Part shown: piece by piece, positions 61,550 to 64,000 of the stretch | Position numbering within the stretch: the first letter of the stretch is position 1 | How the letters are laid out: each line of letters starts with the position of its first letter | Assembly: GCA_002748415.1 (NCBI GenBank) | Contig: PDSI01000220.1 | Span: forward strand, 3,851-67,850 | DNA length: 64,000 nt | Reading direction: 5' to 3' | From: Micrococcales bacterium | Lineage (GTDB): Bacteria > Actinomycetota > Actinomycetes > Actinomycetales > CAWJMD01 | Program-made: the position numbers and the translations under genes | Notes under the pieces: generated by a model | Seen by the model: only the letters and a program-made list of their open reading frames with translations | Told to the model about the DNA's origin: nothing | The model's database searches: none

Positions 61550-63220
61550 ATGACAATCATCCCCGACCGCCCACCACGGTTGTCGGTCAGGCGCGCTCGC
61601 GGTGAGACCAGGCGGCCGTGGCAGGCTGTCGTATGGGTCATCGCGGGGCTGAGCACGGTGCCGATCCTGCTGGTCGTCGCAAGCCTGCTGACACCCAGCC
61701 GGCAAACCTGGGCGTTCTTGGTGGAGGCCGGACTCGGTTCGATGGTCACCACGACGGTGGTGCTCGGTGCGGTCGTTGCCTGCGGCGCGACCGCGCTCGG
61801 CGCCGCGATGGCCTGGCTGGTCGGCTGTTACACGTTCCGCGGACAACGGTGGTTCTCCTGGCTGTTGGTGCTGCCCTTGGCGGTGCCGGCCTACGTGTCG
61901 GGGTTCGTCTACATCGGGTTGCTGGACCACCCCGGCCCGGTGCAGGCCGGACTGCGGCGGCTGTTCGGTGACCAGGTGTGGTTCCCGGAGGTCCGATCGT
62001 TGTGGCTGTGCGCCGTGGTGCTGATCTTCGCCTACTATCCCTACCCCTACATCCTTGCCCGGGCGGCGCTGCGTGAGCAGTCCGCCACCACCTACGAAGC
62101 CGCCAGGGCCCTAGGGGCAAGCCCGCTGGCCGCGGCGTGGCGGATCGTGCTCCCGCTGGCTCGCCCGTCGCTGGCCGCCGGGGCCATGGTGGTGGCCATG
62201 GAGACGCTGACCGACTTCGCTACGGTGCAGTATTTCGGCGTCACGACCGTGTCGGTAGGGGTCCATCAGGTATGGGTGGGCATGTACGACCGCGAGGCCG
62301 CCAGCGAGCTGGCCGGTGTCGTCATGCTGTTCGCGCTTGCCGTCATCGCCGCGGAACGCATCGGGCGCGGCGGGGCGCGTTTTCATCAGCACCAGGGCGG
62401 GCCCCCGCTGCCCCCGATGCCGCTGCACGGGTCGCGGGCAAAGTGGGCCACGGCGGCGGCGACGACGGTACTGGTGTTCACGTTCGTCGTCCCGGTGGTG
62501 CAGCTGTTGGCGTGGAGCAGGCCCAGCGAGACCACCGTGGGACTCGACGGGCGATTCATGGGGTACGTGGCCAACACCGCGTTCATCGCGGCCGTGGTCG
62601 CGGTGCTGTGCGTCGCCGTCGGACTGCTGCTGGCCAGCGCGGCACGACTCGGCGGCGGTTCCGGAACCGCCTGGCTGGCCAGGGCGGCGGTCGTCGGGTA
62701 CGCGGTGCCCGGGCCGGTCGTCGCGATCGGTGTGCTGATCCTGCTCGCGGGGACGCAGGCCGCGCTGAACGCGGCCGGCGCCGACCTGGGCATCAACCTC
62801 GTCACGGGCACCGTCGCGGGGTTGGTGTATGCCTACGTCATCCGGTTCCTCGCGCTCGCCTGGAGCACCCTGGACGCGGGACTGGACAAGGTGTCTCCGT
62901 CGGTCACCGCCGCAGGACTTGCGCTCGGGGTCCGCCCGCGCACCGTGCTGCGCCGGGTCCATGTGCCGCTGATGCGATCGGGAATCGGCGTCGCGCTGGT
63001 GCTGGTGGCCGTCGACACGCTTAAGGAGCTGCCGATCATGTTGCTGCTGCGACCCTTCGGCTTCGAGACGCTGGCCGTCTGGGTGAACCAATTGGCCACG
63101 GAGTCCCGGTGGGAAAGCGCGGGACCACCTGCACTCACGATCGTTGCAGTGGCTCTGGTGCCGATCGTGCTGGTCTTCCGGCACACGCTCGCGGCACCGT
63201 CGCAAGCAGGGAGGTCCTGA
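61550..63220 (+). CDS. Iron(III) ABC transporter permease (duplicated 6-TM FbpB type)
   Basis: 556 aa with two MalFG-type halves, each carrying an EAA-like loop (YEAARALGASPLAAAWRIVLPLARP and AAGLALGVRPRTVLRRVHVPLM). Confidence 0.85.
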   Translation: MTIIPDRPPRLSVRRARGETRRPWQAVVWVIAGLSTVPILLVVASLLTPSRQTWAFLVEAGLGSMVTTTVVLGAVVACGATALGAAMAWLVGCYTFRGQRWFSWLLVLPLAVPAYVSGFVYIGLLDHPGPVQAGLRRLFGDQVWFPEVRSLWLCAVVLIFAYYPYPYILARAALREQSATTYEAARALGASPLAAAWRIVLPLARPSLAAGAMVVAMETLTDFATVQYFGVTTVSVGVHQVWVGMYDREAASELAGVVMLFALAVIAAERIGRGGARFHQHQGGPPLPPMPLHGSRAKWATAAATTVLVFTFVVPVVQLLAWSRPSETTVGLDGRFMGYVANTAFIAAVVAVLCVAVGLLLASAARLGGGSGTAWLARAAVVGYAVPGPVVAIGVLILLAGTQAALNAAGADLGINLVTGTVAGLVYAYVIRFLALAWSTLDAGLDKVSPSVTAAGLALGVRPRTVLRRVHVPLMRSGIGVALVLVAVDTLKELPIMLLLRPFGFETLAVWVNQLATESRWESAGPPALTIVAVALVPIVLVFRHTLAAPSQAGRS

Positions 63221-63222
63221 CC

Positions 63223-64000
63223 ATGAAGTCTGCGACAGCTGGCGGTCCGGCGCCCGGCGCGAACGGCGGCGCCGGTGCCGCCGACCAGGTCATGCAGCTG
63301 GACCAGGTGACCAAGTGCTACGCGGACAGCAGAGCGGTGGACGCCGTGTCGCTGACGATGCCGGCCGGTGAAGTCGTCGTGATCGTCGGGCCGAGTGGGT
63401 GCGGTAAATCCACGCTCCTGCGCGCCATCGCCGGCCTGACCGGCATCGATTCGGGCCGCATCCTCGTCGACGGGCGCGAGATGAGTGGCCCTGACTGTTT
63501 CGTTCCGGCGGAACGTCGCGGGGTCGGGATCGTGTTCCAGGACCTCGCCCTGTTCCCTCATCTCACCGTCGCCGACAACGTGAACTTTGGCCTGCGGCAT
63601 CGTGTCTCGGACGTCCGGGGTAAACGGCAACAGGCCGCGGACGAGGATGCGGGCGAGCGGATGCTGAACCTGGTGGGCCTGCAGGCCAAAGCCGGCAGAT
63701 ACCCGCATGAGTTGTCCGGCGGTGAGCAGCAACGGGTGGCGATCGCGCGGGCCCTGGCGCTGGACCCGAGCCTGGTGTTGCTCGACGAGCCGTTCAGCCA
63801 TTTGGACAAGGGACTCGCGACGCAGGTGCGCACCGAGGCGATGCAGACCCTTCGCGCCGCAGGGGCCAGCGTCGTCCTGGTGACTCACGACCAGGACGAG
63901 GCACTCGCCGTCGGCGACCGCGTGGCGGTGATGCAAGACGGCCGGCTGATCCAGGTCGCCACCCCGGCGCAGGTGTTCCACCGGCCGGTGGACGAATTCG
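63223..64000 (+). CDS. Iron(III) ABC transporter ATP-binding protein, 3'-truncated by the window end
   Basis: My own translation from ATG 63223 (not in the ORF track because no stop lies in the window): GPSGCGKSTLLRAIAGL (Walker A), LSGGEQQRVAIARAL (signature), LLDEPFSHLD (Walker B), VTHDQDEA. Confidence 0.85.
   Translation, partial: MKSATAGGPAPGANGGAGAADQVMQLDQVTKCYADSRAVDAVSLTMPAGEVVVIVGPSGCGKSTLLRAIAGLTGIDSGRILVDGREMSGPDCFVPAERRGVGIVFQDLALFPHLTVADNVNFGLRHRVSDVRGKRQQAADEDAGERMLNLVGLQAKAGRYPHELSGGEQQRVAIARALALDPSLVLLDEPFSHLDKGLATQVRTEAMQTLRAAGASVVLVTHDQDEALAVGDRVAVMQDGRLIQVATPAQVFHRPVDEF

Noticed and set aside
62833-63981. 382-aa minus-strand ORF
   Set aside because: It is antisense to the iron ABC permease end and the ATPase gene. 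The ATPase gene shows Walker A, signature and Walker B motifs in my own plus-strand translation.

Overview
High-GC (about 70% by eye) actinobacterial-type chromosomal segment. It is densely coding: I support about 52 CDS, 2 decayed genes, 1 riboswitch and several repeats and operator-like sites. There are no rRNA or tRNA genes, CRISPR arrays, transposases or integrases. All calls come from reading the supplied translations and the DNA by eye; no searches were run. Main modules, in order: (1) 1.2-8.5 kb: a membrane GGDEF cyclase, then an envelope glycosylation cluster (GT2, two GT-C/DUF2029-type membrane transferases, and a large membrane protein with an exported domain). (2) 8.5-17.9 kb: pheA, an aminotransferase, GNAT, M15 peptidase, opine dehydrogenase and nitrilase-family housekeeping genes, two TetR-side loci and a decayed DUF1772 gene. 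(3) 17.9-24 kb: a copper-flavoured neighbourhood (CopD/CtaG fusion, MarR, lycopene-cyclase-like gene, CPBP protease overlapping copZ). (4) purB plus a HemY-like FAD oxidase. (5) 27.6-31.4 kb: a lone 1267-aa PKS-like AT-KR-DH protein in which all three catalytic signatures look substituted. This is my top candidate for something undescribed. (6) 32.2-33.96 kb: a decayed accessory segment with a core of about 50% GC, interrupted ORF fragments and a perfect 37-bp tandem duplication. (7) A P2-type ATPase, then a cobalamin riboswitch driving cobG-cobH-cobIJ-cobM with 4-nt start/stop overlaps. (8) 43-50 kb: a five-gene minus-strand operon joining a DrrAB-type ABC-2 system to an IrtAB/YbtPQ-like pair of fused ABC half-transporters, with a divergent TetR and an IdeR/DtxR-like iron box at the promoter. 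(9) A CDF transporter, then an iron-box-controlled lipoprotein/DUF2470 divergent pair and an orphan EfeO-like lipoprotein. (10) 54.6-60.5 kb: a polyprenyl-phosphate-sugar style cluster (FAD oxidoreductase, flippase-like TM domain fused to GT2, epimerase, GT-C-like membrane protein). (11) A Fe(3+) FbpABC-type importer running off the window end. A roughly 100-bp palindromic repeat occurs twice (11.7 kb and 16.9 kb).
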